DNA of 64,000 nt from Chiloscyllium plagiosum. Its lineage: Eukaryota. The notes beneath the pieces are model-generated. The model was not told the DNA's origin. It did no database searches and saw nothing but the letters and a program-made list of their open reading frames with translations. The stretch covers positions 9,435,492 through 9,499,491 of the forward strand of contig NC_057749.1 in assembly GCF_004010195.1 (NCBI RefSeq), written 5' to 3'. The position numbers were made by a program, and so were the translations under genes. Each line of letters begins with the position of its first letter. The stretch's first letter is position 1. This document shows, one piece after another, positions 23,789 through 36,640 of this stretch.

Positions 23789-24829
23789 GTATGGTCGCTA
23801 TTATATATAACATAGGTGCTGCATTCAATTGTGAAATAGTCCAGGCATTATAGATTCTACAAGCACTTCAGTCAGACATGGGCAGTCCTTTTTAGGCCTG
23901 GAGAATAGCATAGTAAGAAACCATTTTGCCCTGGTCTCCTTCTCTAGAACTTTGTTTCCAGTTTAAAAATTCAACACAGACTTGAACTGTTCATTATGTT
24001 TATTTGCTAAGTTGTCTAGGAGTCTGGCACTGAAAACAATGAAAGTTTTTTATCACACATTTTCATTGAGATTTTTGTTCCAGAATAGAGTTGACTTTTT
24101 ATGTATAAGTATTGCTGCATTAGGATCCCAATTTGTGAGTACACAGGACAAGGATGATCTTTATTATAATCTGTCTTGACACACTATTGCAAAGAACACA
24201 TTGCATGGAAAAAGCAAGGGTACGAAAATAAGTGGTAGCATTCCAGGGTGGAATTGAAACACCAAAGAAGTAATCTTTCTCATACAAACCTGAATAAAAC
24301 ACATAAGCAGAAGTCAATAAATAGATATATGAAGAGATGAGATAATAATTCTAATCCAAATGTACTATGTGAAGAATGCCTTCTTTCCCGCAGTTATGAA
24401 TGGACCTCTTGGATGTTAAAGTTGACCTTTCTCTGCATCTTCTCTATAGCTTTAATACTATATTCTGCATTCTGTTCTATTACCCTGATGTATTTGCAGT
24501 TAAACTTTTCGCAGGTTGCAGTTAAATCTTTGATGCAGTGAAGAAAGGTTCCACCCTGAAATGTCCTTCGTGTTCTGGAATATTTTGCAAAGGTTTTTGG
24601 TCCTTTTGAGACTTGAGCCTTGGAAATGCCCTGAAAAGTCAAAATATGGCAGTAAGCCTATGAGCTACTCCACCATTCAATAAGATAATGGCTGATCCGA
24701 TTGTGGTCACAGTTCCACTTTCGCATCAGTAACTTGTTTGCGTGGATCATAATGGTTTCCATGAGCTCCCACATGCAGTAGCCTTGACACGTTATCTAAA
24801 ATTCCACCCTTAAATTTTTTTTATTATTG

Positions 24830-25118
24830 GATTACTTACAGTGTGGAAACAGGCCCTTCGGCCCAACAAATCCACACTGACCCTCTGAAGAGCAACCCAC
24901 CTAGACCCATTCCCCTACACCGAACACTACAGACAATTTAGCATGGCCAATTCACCTAACCTGCACATTTTTGGACTGTGGGAGGAAACTGGAGCACCTG
25001 GAGGAAACCCACGCAGACACTGGGAGAATGTGCAAACTCCACACAGACAGTTGCCTGAGATGGGAATTGAACCCAGGTCTCTGGTGCAGTGAGGCAGCAG
25101 TGCTAGCTACCGTGCCAT
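24830..25118 (-). mobile_element. HE1 V-SINE
   Basis: Reverse complement of the HE1 consensus from tail (attacttacagtgtggaaacagg) to head. Confidence 0.9.
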
Positions 25119-25124
25119 GTTACT

Positions 25125-25725
25125 CTTTTCTTATACATTCATAGGATGTGAGCATCACAAGTTGGACCAGCATTTATTTTCCATCCTTTGACATCATTTG
25201 GAAGTGGTGGTGAGCTGCCTTCTTGAACTACTGCAGTCCATTTGGTTCAGGCATAATGCCACTACGGAAGGAGTTCCAGGACCTTTATCCAGTGATACTC
25301 ATTCTCGTTCCAAATCAGAATGGGGAGTGGCTTGGAGGGGTACTTGCATGTGGTGATGTTCCCATGTATTTGCTCTCCTTTTCTTTCTAAATGGTAGCTC
25401 CCATGGGTTTAGAAGGAGCTGCCTAAGGGGCTTTGTTGGATTTCTGCAGTGTATCTTCTAAATAGTACACATTGCTGAAACTGAGTGTCAGTGGTGGAGG
25501 GAATGAATGTTTGTGGATTTGGTGCCAATATGATATTGAGCTTCTTGAATGTTGTTTGAGCTGCACTCAACTAGGCAAGTGCAGAGTATTCCACCACGCT
25601 TCTAACTTTTGCCTTGTAGATGGATAGGTTTAGGGATTCAGGAGCTGAGTCACTTGCTGTAGGATTCCTAACTTCTGACCTGCTTTTGCATCTATGGTAT
25701 CTCTATCGCTAGTCCAATTCAGTTT
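25125..25725 (-). mobile_element. LINE family B 3' fragment, degraded
   Basis: 3' tail (agcatttatt..ccatcc) and C-terminal RT-region remnants; similar to 26860-27285. Confidence 0.65.
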
Positions 25726-26859
25726 CTTTCCTACTTACATCGCCTTTTATATTTTATTAACTTGACCACCGGTTTGTGTTCAATGTTAAAATTTAAGAAT
25801 AGTAAAGGCCTTAACTACTGACCAGAGACACACCAAACTGACAGCTCTTTTTTAAGTTATGGAGCAAGAACCAATTCCAGTCAGCTTGAATGAATCAAGC
25901 TGTGTCCCTAACTCCTTCCTGGAGTCCTTTCTAGTTTGCTCCCTTCCTTAAATTACAGCTGCCATAGTAAGCTTTTCACCTTGTCTCCAGAGCATTAGGC
26001 TGGCTCTTTGGATTACTGGTTGAGTGACATTACCACTATGCTACCATCTCGCTGTAGAATAATTTTGGAGCAACGTAATTAGTTAGCATCCACAAAATAC
26101 TGTAGACATCCCTCTATTAGCTTTGTTGGTTATTTAGACTTTCTCTTGATCTTTCCCTCCATTATTTAGTCTATCCCTTGCTACCACCCAGATATGCGAA
26201 TTTCCAGAACACAGATCCTAGCACAGTTCAGTTGTAGGCCCCCCAACAGTATAGTTCCCAATTCCCCCAGTACTGGTGCCAGTGCCTCATGACTTGAAAT
26301 GGATATCTCTCAAACCAATCTTTCATCCACCCATTCACCTCTCTGGTCTTCTTTGTCCTCTAATTTGCTCATGGTTCAGGTAACATGCTACGATTAATAC
26401 CTTTGAATTCTGTTTTTTTAAATTCAGCCTCTAGCTTCTCATACTCCCTAAACCCAGAAACTCTTTCTGAGTGCTATTTATATTGTTGGAACCCACATGA
26501 GTCAAAGGAATCTTCTCCCTTCCCACTGCAAGATCCTGTCCAGCAAAGAGTAGTTGACATGAACTCTAGCACCGGGCAGCAACGCAGCCTTTGGGCTCTT
26601 GTACTTTTGGTAACACAGAACTGTGCCCAACCCACTGACTATACTAGCCCTTAATGCCACTGCATTCCTATGTATTCCCCAAGCTCAAAAAGCTTTCTAT
26701 AAGACAGTGCCCTGGTCAGTTAGCTCACCCACCCTTTACCCCTAGCTCTCAAACAAGCTTTAAAAGAATCTTGATGATCACAGGGTTGACGATCTTGCAT
26801 TCCTGCCTTCTGAGTCCCCTTACTTGCCTCATGAGGACAGCCTCCTGTCTGTGACCATT

Positions 26860-27285
26860 GACCAATTTGTTAAGCCCGGTCCCAAGTTTCTGATCTTCAA
26901 TATAGCTCCTTGTTCGAAGGTGCAGCCGAAGGAGTCTATGTGAGTTACTCCAGCGCATCTTGTTTATAGCCCAACCTGCTGCTACTGTGCATTGATGGTG
27001 GAACGAATGAATGTTGAAGGTGGTGGATGGGATGCCAATCAAGTGAGTGGCCTTGTCCTGGATGGTGTTGAGCATCTTGAGTGTTGCTGGAAATGTGCCC
27101 ATCCATGTAAGTGGAGAGCATTTCCTTATACTGCTGACTTGTGTCTGTGGATAGGCTGTAGAAAGTCAGGAGGTGAATTGCTTGCCAGATTCTGATCTGT
27201 TCTTGTAGCTACAGTATTTATATGGCTGATCCAGTTCAGCTCTTGGTTAATGGTAATCTGCAGGACATGGATGATAGGGAATTCT
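26860..27285 (-). mobile_element. LINE family B C-terminal fragment
   Basis: ORF 26749-27102 contains TLKMLNTIQDKATHLIG.PSTTFNIHSFHHQCTVAA. Confidence 0.75.
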
Positions 27286-28254
27286 TTTGTGCACAGGCCC
27301 ATCAGGAAGCCCTGATATAGACCCAGGTCTGATTGTATTTTTCTAGCTGTTCATTTCTTAAATCAATTTTTTATGTGCCCTGAGATTCAGCATACTTCCA
27401 TTGCATTTATCCTATTTTCTACTCTTAAACATTAACTCCCAAACTTTTATACCAATATTAAACTTTTTCAGCAACTGTTGCGGACAAAATAATATCACCT
27501 GTTATACTGGAAAGGAAACAATAATTGTGAATCATTTTTTGTTGATCTGTCCTGTATAGCACAGTTGCTCTTCAATTCATCTTTTGCCATATTAATATAT
27601 CTGATTTTAGCACAAAGTACTTGACACTCTTACCCTTTCTGTGACACTGTAAATCAGATGGTTACTTTGCTGCTACTTGTTGAATGAGTGGCTGAATGCA
27701 TTGGCAACAGGGACCCAGTGACTTGCCAAGTGCAATTTCTGTTCTCACGTGATTCACTCAGGTCTGAATCTGTTCTTGGCAAAGTTGCTGCTCAGGCCAT
27801 AGAGAAAGTAAAACTGTGCCAATGGATCAGCTTACATTTCCTAAACCACACATCTTTTTACATGAATGCCTATTTATCAGTGAGCTTGTACTGTGGAAGT
27901 CCATCAGTCGGGAGCAGGAATGAGGCTGTGCGAAATTGGTTCACAGTGGAGAGAAACTGAACTCTCATGGCATCTGTGCCAATTTGATGGCACTGCACAT
28001 TATAGAGATAAAAGGACCTAGGGCCTACCCCACAGCCTAATCAGTTATTTCAAATATTTCTTCACGTCATCATTGCAAAGTAGCAGCAGATGTGACTTCA
28101 GGAACTGTGCCCAACCAGGCAAGTGCTGTAATGATACTATAATTTAAATACTTCCTGCACATGTTGAGTCCATCAAGGTTAAACAGAGTTGCGTTGGAAA
28201 TGCTTTAACATTGAGTCATTTCTTTAGCAGAATTACAAAAGAAAACAGTGGTTG

Positions 28255-28552
28255 AATCATAGAATCCCCACAGAGTGGTAGCAGGTCATTCAGCCCATCA
28301 AGTCCACACTGACTTTCTGAAGAGCAACTGACCTAGATCACTCCATCCCTGTAACCCCACATTTCCCATGGCTAACCCGACTAGCCTGCACATTAAGGGC
28401 AATTTAGCATGGCCAATCCACCTCACCTGCAGGTCTTTGGGCTGTGTGAGGAAACCCACAGAGACTATGCAAACTCCACACAGACAGTTGCCCGAGACTG
28501 GAATCGAACCTGGGTCCCTGGTGCTGTGAGGTAGCAGTGCCAACCACTGAGC
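28255..28552 (-). mobile_element. HE1-like SINE
   Basis: Reverse-complement head, V-domain and tail. Confidence 0.85.
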
Positions 28553-28797
28553 CTAGTTAGGAAGTCACAGGAAGCAGAGGTCAATATTGTAACCCTGTAG
28601 AATCAACAAGTGTAGCAAAAATATATGACTGAAGTGTATTCTTTGCACATATCATTAAGCAAATATGGTAAAATATCAGAAAGTTTTGCCTTTTTATTTA
28701 CAATCTGGAATGCACATTCAATTTGAGGATATAAAAATGCTTTGCTAAAAAGCCTCTAGATCTAATAGGTAACCAAGACCCCTATTTTTCCTCGCAG

Positions 28798-28866
28798 TTC
28801 AGCTGTAACAATGGCTTCCCATACGTCGGATATTCGATGCTGGCATGGTCTGGATCCAAAGTTCAG
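28798..28866 (+). other. Candidate internal exon (69 nt)
   Basis: Strong acceptor cctatttttcctcgcag, donor CAG|gtaggt; phase-2 frame SAVTMASHTSDIRCWHGLDPKF with a Kozak-like acaATGg. Confidence 0.45.
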
Positions 28867-29962
28867 GTAGGTGACTCAGGAAGGACTGAAGAGGCAGCTG
28901 TACGCAGAGATAGAGCTAGTGGAAAGCCTGCCTGGAGTATCCAGCATTGTGTCCAAATTTTTAAAACATAATAAAAAAATTAAATATACTTCTCCTACCC
29001 TTCACTTCTCCTGCACAAACACATTCTCCCAGTGGCCCTTCTGCTTACCCCCACGATACCTCACAACCTTTATGCCATCTGTAACCCTCTATCCAACCTC
29101 ACCAGCCTCTTAAATCAATCATATCTTAGGTTCCATCCACCACACTTTGCCCTTAAGCCTACAATATTAACTTAGTTAATATCTGCCATGGTCCAGACCT
29201 TAGGATTTGTGCAGAATTGAGTTAAAATAAAGTTCTATAAAGTAAAATCATAAACGTTCATTGCAGACTTCATAATGTTGAAAAACAAATGTATTTGTTT
29301 AAAAACCCATTTAGTACATTTACTTTCTTTAACTACTTAATGCCTTATAATAACAAATATTGCATAATCTGTTATCACAACAAGCATTGGAATTCATAGG
29401 CCCATATCAAAGAGCCAATAACCACTTTACAATCAAATTGTAAAATGGTAGGCATCCCACTGTGATAACAGAATGTTGTGAAATCATTCATGTATGATAA
29501 TCCAGTCATGGAAACACTCAGATCTATACCAATAGGCAAAATGAAATAGATTTAAAGATTTTAAGGATTCAACGGGTAAAATTTTTAACTGGCTTCACAG
29601 CTTGACAAGTGCTCTTAACACTCTTGACAGGTCCCTTTGACAAGGGCCTCTGATCATTAATTTTGATAGGTCTGATCACTGTTCCAATGAGATTAACAGT
29701 AATGTAATAATAAATCTTTAATGCACAATTACACCTACTGTTAACAAATACAAAGAGCTCCAAACCTGCTCCAGATGTTCCCAGGACAAGATCCAAAGGG
29801 AAATCCTATGTCTCCAAAAGGGAATTGTACAGAGACTGGTTCTAATGAATTCACAAAGTTCATACTTGATCTTACCAGGTTGAATCAGCACACTCCAGTT
29901 TCACTTTCCAAGGCACCCAAAAGCCAAGTTCTCTGAAGGCAGCTGATAATCCATCACAACTT

Positions 29963-30262
29963 GGGCGGCACGTTGGCACAGTGGTTAGCACTGCTGCCTC
30001 ACAGCGCCAGAGACCCGGGTTCAATTCTTGCCTCAGGCAACTATCTGTGTGGAGTTTGCACATTCGCCTCATGTCTGTGTGGGTTTCCTCCGGGTGCTCT
30101 GGTTTCCTCCCACAGTTCAAAGATGTGCAAGTCAGGTGGATTGGCCATGCTAAATTGCCCGTAGTGTTAGGGGAATGGGTCTGGGTGGGTTGCGCTTTGA
30201 TGGGTCGGTATGGACTAGTTGGACCGAAGGGCCTGTTTCCACACTGTAAGTAATCTAATCTA
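29963..30262 (+). mobile_element. HE1 V-SINE
   Basis: Full-length; possible 5-bp TSD aactt on both sides. Confidence 0.9.
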
Positions 30263-30656
30263 AACTTACATCCCATCCACTACCCTTTGCCCTTAAATCT
30301 ACATTGCTAAGTTGCCTAGTATCTGCCCTCGGTCCAGATGCAGAAATGAGATAAAATAAAGTTCTATGGCAGCTACCTCTGTAAAACACAAATGTGTGAA
30401 ACCTATCCCAGTCGCCAGTAAAAATGGCAAATGCTGTGTTTGTCATGTAATATTTGGCTATTTTCACCATAATACAGAAATTATCTGTCATAATGAAAAT
30501 CTGGGTGTGAGAATCATTACTGTTCACATCAATATTTTTGAGCAAGGTGAACATTATACTTTTGTATCAAATAGTAAGAAAATAAATCTTCTGATCATTT
30601 AAGGATAATTAACATTGGTTTTCTTATTTTTCTTTTGTGCTATGTTTTTTTTTTAG

Positions 30657-30724
30657 GGGGAATCCAGACAGAATCAAGTTGACTTTGAAGTTTCATTCTG
30701 TAATAATGGGTTTCTTGTCTAACG
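30657..30724 (+). other. Candidate internal exon (68 nt)
   Basis: Long polypyrimidine acceptor ttttcttttgtgctatgttttttttttag, donor ACG|gtaata; continues the frame as GNPDRIKLTLKFHSVIMGFLSN (phase 1 out). Confidence 0.4.
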
Positions 30725-30739
30725 GTAATATATAGTTTC

Positions 30740-31060
30740 ATTCTTAATGCAGACATTGTTGAAGATTATGAGTGTTTGATGGAGTGGTGAAGGAGAAACC
30801 GTTGTCACTGACAGGAAGGTAAACCAGATTTAAGATCAAAAGAACAGGAGAGGAGATGAAAGAAAATTTTACTCAGTGTGTTGCTGTGGTTTGAAATGCA
30901 GTATCTGAAAAGGTGGCTGATGCAGATACAATACAGTAGCATCTTTCAATATGGAATTGGATACTTGAAAGGGAGGAATTTTCTGAGTAGTGGGTCGGAA
31001 GGCTCTCTTTCATAGAGTCAGCATTGATGTGATGGGCCAAATGAGTCCAACTGTACCATA
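30740..31060 (+). mobile_element. Old CR1 3' fragment
   Basis: Degenerate CR1 C-terminus (ENFYS.CVA.VW.A) and 3' UTR. Confidence 0.5.
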
Positions 31061-31064
31061 TCAT

Positions 31065-31605
31065 AAAGTCATAGAGATGAGAGTACAGCTTGGAAACCGA
31101 CCCTTCAGTCCAACTTGTCCGTGCCAACCAGATATCCTAAATTAATCTGGTCTCATTTGCCAGCATCTAGCCCATATTCCTCTAAACTCTTTCTATTTAT
31201 ATACCCATCCAGATGGCTTTTAAATATTGTAATTGTACCAGCCTCCACCACTTCCTCTGGCACCTCATTCTATTCACACACCACCCTCTGCATGAGAAAT
31301 TTGCCCTTTAGGTTCCTTTTAAATCGTTACCCTCTCACCTAAAACCTATGCCCTCTAGTTTTGGAGTTCTCTTCCCTCAGAAAATGATCTTAGATATCAT
31401 CCTATCTATGCCCCTCATGATTTTATAAATGTCTATAAGGTGACCCCTCAATCTCTGACCCTCCAGGAAAATTGCCCCAGCCTATTCAGCCTCTCCCTAT
31501 AGCTCAAGCCCTCCAACCCGGAGAACATCTTTGTAAATCTTTTCGGCACCTATTCAAGTTTAACAGCATCTTTCCTGTAGCATGGAGACCAGAATGTAAT
31601 ATTCC
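31065..31605 (-). mobile_element. CR1 3' fragment
   Basis: Reverse complement of about 22480-23020. Confidence 0.9.
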
Positions 31606-31609
31606 ATAT

Positions 31610-31895
31610 GATTGATACAGTGTGGAAGCAGGCCATTCAGTCCATTGAGTCCACACTGACCTTCTCAGCATCCCACCCAGACCTGTCCCCATACCCTATC
31701 CTTGTAACCCAGCATTTGTCATGGCCAATCCACTTAATTTGTACATCTTTGGACTGTGGGAGAAAGCCAGACCACCTGGGGGAAACCCATGCAGACATGG
31801 GGATAATGTGCAAACTCCACACAGACAGTCACCCGAGGCTGTAATCGAGACTGGGTCCCTGGCGCTGTGAGGTAACAGTGTCAACCACTGAGCCG
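31610..31895 (-). mobile_element. HE1-like SINE
   Basis: Reverse-complement HE1 features. Confidence 0.85.
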
Positions 31896-32094
31896 TCCAA
31901 CATTATTATGGCTTCAACAAAGCCTTAAAAAAAATGTTACAAAGCTCATCTCTGAGGAGGTAGTGGTTTAGTGGTAATAGCACAGAACGAATAATCCAGA
32001 ATCCCAGCCAAATATTCTGGGGCTGTGGGCCATTCTACTGCATGTTTTATGTATATATCCACTTTCTAATCAACCTGTTCAGGGATGTTATTAC

Positions 32095-32305
32095 ATTTTT
32101 TTAAATTTGAAAAAATATACTTTATTCATAAAAATTATCTTTGCAGGTGGGGCTAGATTGGGTTGGGATATCTGGTCGGCATGGACAGGTTGGACCGAAG
32201 GGTCTGTTTCCATGCTGTACATCTCTATGACTCTACAGAGGCATAGACACAGTTCTGTTCTGTACAAATAGCATATCCAGGAAACAAACAAACATTGCAG
32301 TTTGA
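32095..32305 (-). mobile_element. Probable L1/Tx1-type poly(A) 3' end containing a CR1 tail insert (32143-32235, +)
   Basis: The minus strand ends aataaagtatatttttt..aaaaaaa; the inner segment matches the CR1 3' end. Confidence 0.45.
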
Positions 32306-32310
32306 CTCAT

Positions 32311-32610
32311 GGGCGGCACAGTGGCACAGTGGTTAGCACTGCTGCCTCACAGCACCAGAGACCCGGTTCAATTCCCGCCTCAGGCGACTGACTGTGTGGA
32401 GTTTGCACGTTCTCCCCGTGTCTGCGTGGGTTTCCTCCCACAGTCCAAAGATGTGCAGGTCAGGTGAATTGGCCATGCTAAATTTCCCGTAGTGTTAGGT
32501 AAAAGGGGTACATGTAGGGGTATGGGTGGGTTGCGCTTCGGCGGGGCGGTGTGGACTTGTTGGGCCGAAGGGCCTGTTTCCACACTGTAAGTAATCTAAT
32601 CTAATCTAAA
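32311..32610 (+). mobile_element. HE1 V-SINE, young
   Basis: A/B boxes, V-domain, CpGs retained, (aatct)3 tail. Confidence 0.92.
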
Positions 32611-33529
32611 CAAACCAAGGACATCTCTTATCTATGTAAGATTAAATTTACGTACTTTTGAGGCACTGGCAATGTCCAATAATTGTACGGATCCTCGACT
32701 TAACTTCAGCAGGAAGTCCTCAGACAGTGGTCTTTCCTCACTGTGCCTTGGTGGTACTGCCACAGGCTCTAGTGTGTCCCTCAGCACATAGACCTGGACC
32801 TTGGAATAGTCTGCAATAGGTAGGATTTGAGCCTGAGTCTGTTGGCTCAGAGGTAGGCACACTACCACTGCATCACAAGAACCCTTTCCCCTTAGTGTGA
32901 GCCAGTAAATATAACCTGTCAGGTCCCATACCACAACTTGTGTAATCTATCTAGCAGGCAAATGCCTATTGCACTTGAGTCACATTCCTTGATCTAGAAT
33001 TAACACATTTTGTTTTACATGAGTTGTACCTTGGCTAAAGTACCAGATGAAATGAGTGCCATATGAATGCATTAGCTCTCCTCTACTGATCGTGTCAGCT
33101 ACCATTTCCATTGTCTAATTCCTGAGATTCTATAAATAGAACAGAAAACTGTGAAGCAAAGAAAACATCCTTTAATTAACAGTGTTTCCATTGAGAAATG
33201 GATTAAAGTTGCAATATGGTGGGTTTTTTGACTTCAAAGTAAAGCTTAAATATAGTGAGAAGCCTGGTGGGGTGGTCAGACTGGTGGGTGTCTAATCCAT
33301 AACTTTTATGCTGACCATTCATCTAGAAAATAACACCATTCAATAAGTTATAGCCCAGACTTGAAGATCAAGTATGCCTTTAAGTTAGAAATAACAACTC
33401 CTGAATTTGTTTTGAATGTTGTAATTGGGTTTTTAACCCAGAAGACAACAGACTGAGGTTTAAATTTAAACTAAGAAATACAGTTCTGGACAGCAAGGAC
33501 ATCAAAACTTTAGAATTAAGTGCAAAAAA

Positions 33530-33960
33530 TATTTATTGGAATGCAGCCAGCAATGAGAAACAAGAGAAAATGGGGCTTTTCTTAATAGTGTACAGAAGGT
33601 TCAGGCAAATTAAATACTGTAATGGCATTCAAAAATCATGAAGTCCTTTTGATAGATAGTAAAGTTGGAGAAGCATTTTCATTGGATGGAGGATTGGTAT
33701 CCAAAGGATACAGGTTTAAGGTAATTGGCAAAATAACCAGAGGTAATATGAGGTTTATTTTTGAAGTTGCAAGTAATGATGATCTGAACTGCATGCTTGA
33801 TAGGGCATAGAAGCAGATGCAACAGGAGGAACTTCCATGAGGGAATTGGTCTGTGGGCAAAAGGGAGGAGAATAGGGATAAATGAGAAGCCCTTTCAAAG
33901 TGATGGCATATACACAATGGGCTGAACAGCCACCTTCCGTGCTGTATCATTCTATGACTC
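33530..33960 (+). mobile_element. Old CR1 3' fragment
   Basis: SKGYRFKVIGKITRG and degenerate 3' UTR. Confidence 0.55.
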
Positions 33961-34765
33961 AAGAATTGATTAGGTTAGTTTTGAGATTGTGGCTGGGTAT
34001 TGCCATGTTGAAATGATAAAGTCTGGAATTTGGAAGGAATTGAATGATGGATTCTCAGTTTTGAAATGTTGGCAAAGAATTAAACTAGGCAGGAGATTCT
34101 TCAATAAATCACAGTAAGGATACAAAACAGAAGGATATGAACAATAAGGCAGTTGGAGTTTAGGAATATTCTGAGGTGTGGTTGTCGTATGGATAAAATA
34201 TAGAGCAAAAATAGTTGATGATGGATTTAGATTTTATTGTCACATGTACTCAAGTACAGGGATACAGGAATACAATTAAGTGTACAATATCGCCATTTGT
34301 GGCACCATCTTAGGTACAAAGGTACCTAGGTACAAAATCTTAGGTAGAAAAATGAAGAAATAAGTTAGAAAATTCAACACTAGAGTTCGAGGATGGTTAT
34401 TAAAAGGTTTCTTTACGTTTCTTAATATATTGACTGTAAAAGAATATGAAGACTTATAGTTATTTGGCACCATTTACCATCTCAGGACATCCCAAAGTGC
34501 TCTATAGTCAATTAGATACTTTATTAAGGTATAGTCACTGTTGTAATGCAGCTATTAAAGTAACTATTATTGAGACCAGCTATTTATTCCACACTCATTT
34601 TACTGATAGAATCTTTATTCCCAGGCTGCTTTGGTAGATTTGAACTCATTTGGCTGAATCATCCTCTCTCTTTCTCATCTTAATTCACACCCTTTTCACA
34701 TTTTGTTACCTTTTTCCACTATTAAAAACCCCTTGGCTTTGGCACTAGGCCTCTACACCATCTGG

Positions 34766-34991
34766 GTAAAAACAATGACTGCAATTGCTGGAAATCAGTG
34801 TGGTGCTGGAAAAGCACAGCAATTCAGGCAGCATCCGAGGTGCAGGAGAATCGACGTTTCGGCAAAAGCCCTTTATCAGGAATACAGGCAGAGTGCCTGA
34901 AGGGTGCCTTTCAGGCACTCTGCCTGTATTCCTGATGAAGAGCTTTTGCCCGAAACGTTGATTTTCCTGCACCTCGGATGCTGCCTGAACT
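34766..34991. mobile_element. Palindromic PLE-terminus insertion (family A) with 16-bp TSD
   Basis: cctctacaccatctgg at 34750-34765 and 34992-35007; arms about 34823-34901 and 34910-34989. Confidence 0.9.
34928..34963 (+). ncRNA. Minimal type I hammerhead motif (family A)
   Basis: attc CTGATGA a gagc-tttt-gccc GAAA CG TT gatt; one helix II mismatch. Confidence 0.62.
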
Positions 34992-36394
34992 CCTCTACAC
35001 CATCTGGCCAATTGTTCCTCCTTTGCCTTTGTCAAAAGTATAAAAAGGAACCTATTTTGCAACACCTGACAGTTCTGAAATAAGTCACACCAAACCTCTA
35101 ATGTTAATTCTGTTTCACTCTCACAGATGCAGCCAGAGTTTCTCCAGCACTGTGTTTATTTCAGATTTCCAGCATCCTTTATTGTTTTTATTGCCTGAAT
35201 CATTATTAACATTGCCTCTGTGTTATTCATCCAGCAATGTTGCTACTGTGCTACTTTACCACAGCCTTCCCTGCTCCTGGGATCAAATTCTTCCAAGATA
35301 TTCCCAAGGACTGTAAAATTCCCTTTCAAGTGTCCTCAGACTTTCTACATCTCCTCCACCGAGCGGATGCCTTTGGGAGAACCCATATCATTGCCACCAC
35401 TCCCAGGGACATGACACAACTCTAACAATGCCCATAGATGTGAGCACAGCTTGTTTCTGCTGCTGTTACATTATCGCAGAGACTTTAATTTTGTAAGCTG
35501 ATCATCGTGCAGAAAAATGTTGCTTTTGACAGAATATCTCCAGCCTACTGTTTCATACACAGATGAGTTTTCCAGTGTAATACAATTTAAAAATATTAAT
35601 CTAAAAATAGAAAAGATCTAAAATACATTTTTCCAACTACCTTGACATTGTGGCAACAAGAGCTGATGGAGCAATGGAGTATTTATAGCATAATCTTACG
35701 CACATAGTTTAAATGCTATTGTATACAGGAGCCAGAGGAAGTCTTATCCCAATGTCCTGCTTAATTAATAAGATATCCTTGGCCATAGCTTTAATGCAAT
35801 TATTCAAAGGATGGTTTGAAGAGATAAGCAAAGCTATGGATATTGATGTCTTGGAGAAGAAATAGCTTTCCTTAACAATGCAGCAACAAGGACTTGCTGT
35901 GGAGGCTGTAAGAATTGTGCATGAGGATATTTAGCTTTCTTTGCTGACATAGTAAAGTAATTAGTTAGTACATTAACTTGCTCCAAGGTCAATAATAATA
36001 ATAATGAAAGAACTGGACTCTTCCACACTGGACTGTTTTGAAGTCTGCATTGCACAGGCTTTGACCTTTCTAACCTAAGATGATAAATTGAGATCCTGTA
36101 AATGTCACAGAATCCTGTTCCATGTTAATGGGACCAATCTAGCCGCTTTCAAAGTGGAATTGATCCCAACTGGAGGCTCCCACCACCCATTTTGTGTGGC
36201 TGCTCTCTGTCCTTGACACATCGCTGTGGATAACCAATGAAAATCAGCACTTGCTCAATTGCTCCTAGCCTTTCCTAATATCCCACCTCCTAACAGACAT
36301 TTGAAGGCATAAATGCTGAATGAAATTGACTGTTGAAGCCAACCCTGAACTCCCAATTCACAAAGACCTTCAGAGCTTATTAAATATGCAACAG

Positions 36395-36640
36395 AAACAC
36401 AGAAGGTGGTACGTGTATGGAATGAGCTGCCAGAGGAAGTGGTGGAGGCTGGTACAATTGCAACATTTAAGAGGCATTTGGGTGGGTATTTGAATAGGAA
36501 GGATTTGAAGGAATATGGGTTGGGTGCTTGCAGGTGGGACTCGATTGGGTTGCGATATCTGGCCGGCATGGATGGGTTGACGGGGGACGGGTTGGACCGA
36601 AGGGTCTGTTTCCATGCTGTACAACTCTATGACTCTATGA
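36395..36640 (+). mobile_element. CR1 3' tail, followed by a family C PLE terminus (about 36645-36770)
   Basis: VVRVWNELPEEVVEAGTI.TFKRHL and 3' UTR, then agaagggtca...gaaactttaac. Confidence 0.85.

Noticed and set aside
28589..28615. accctgtagaa resembling the miR-10 5' end
   Set aside because: Similarity stops after 11 nt and there is no complementary 3' arm.
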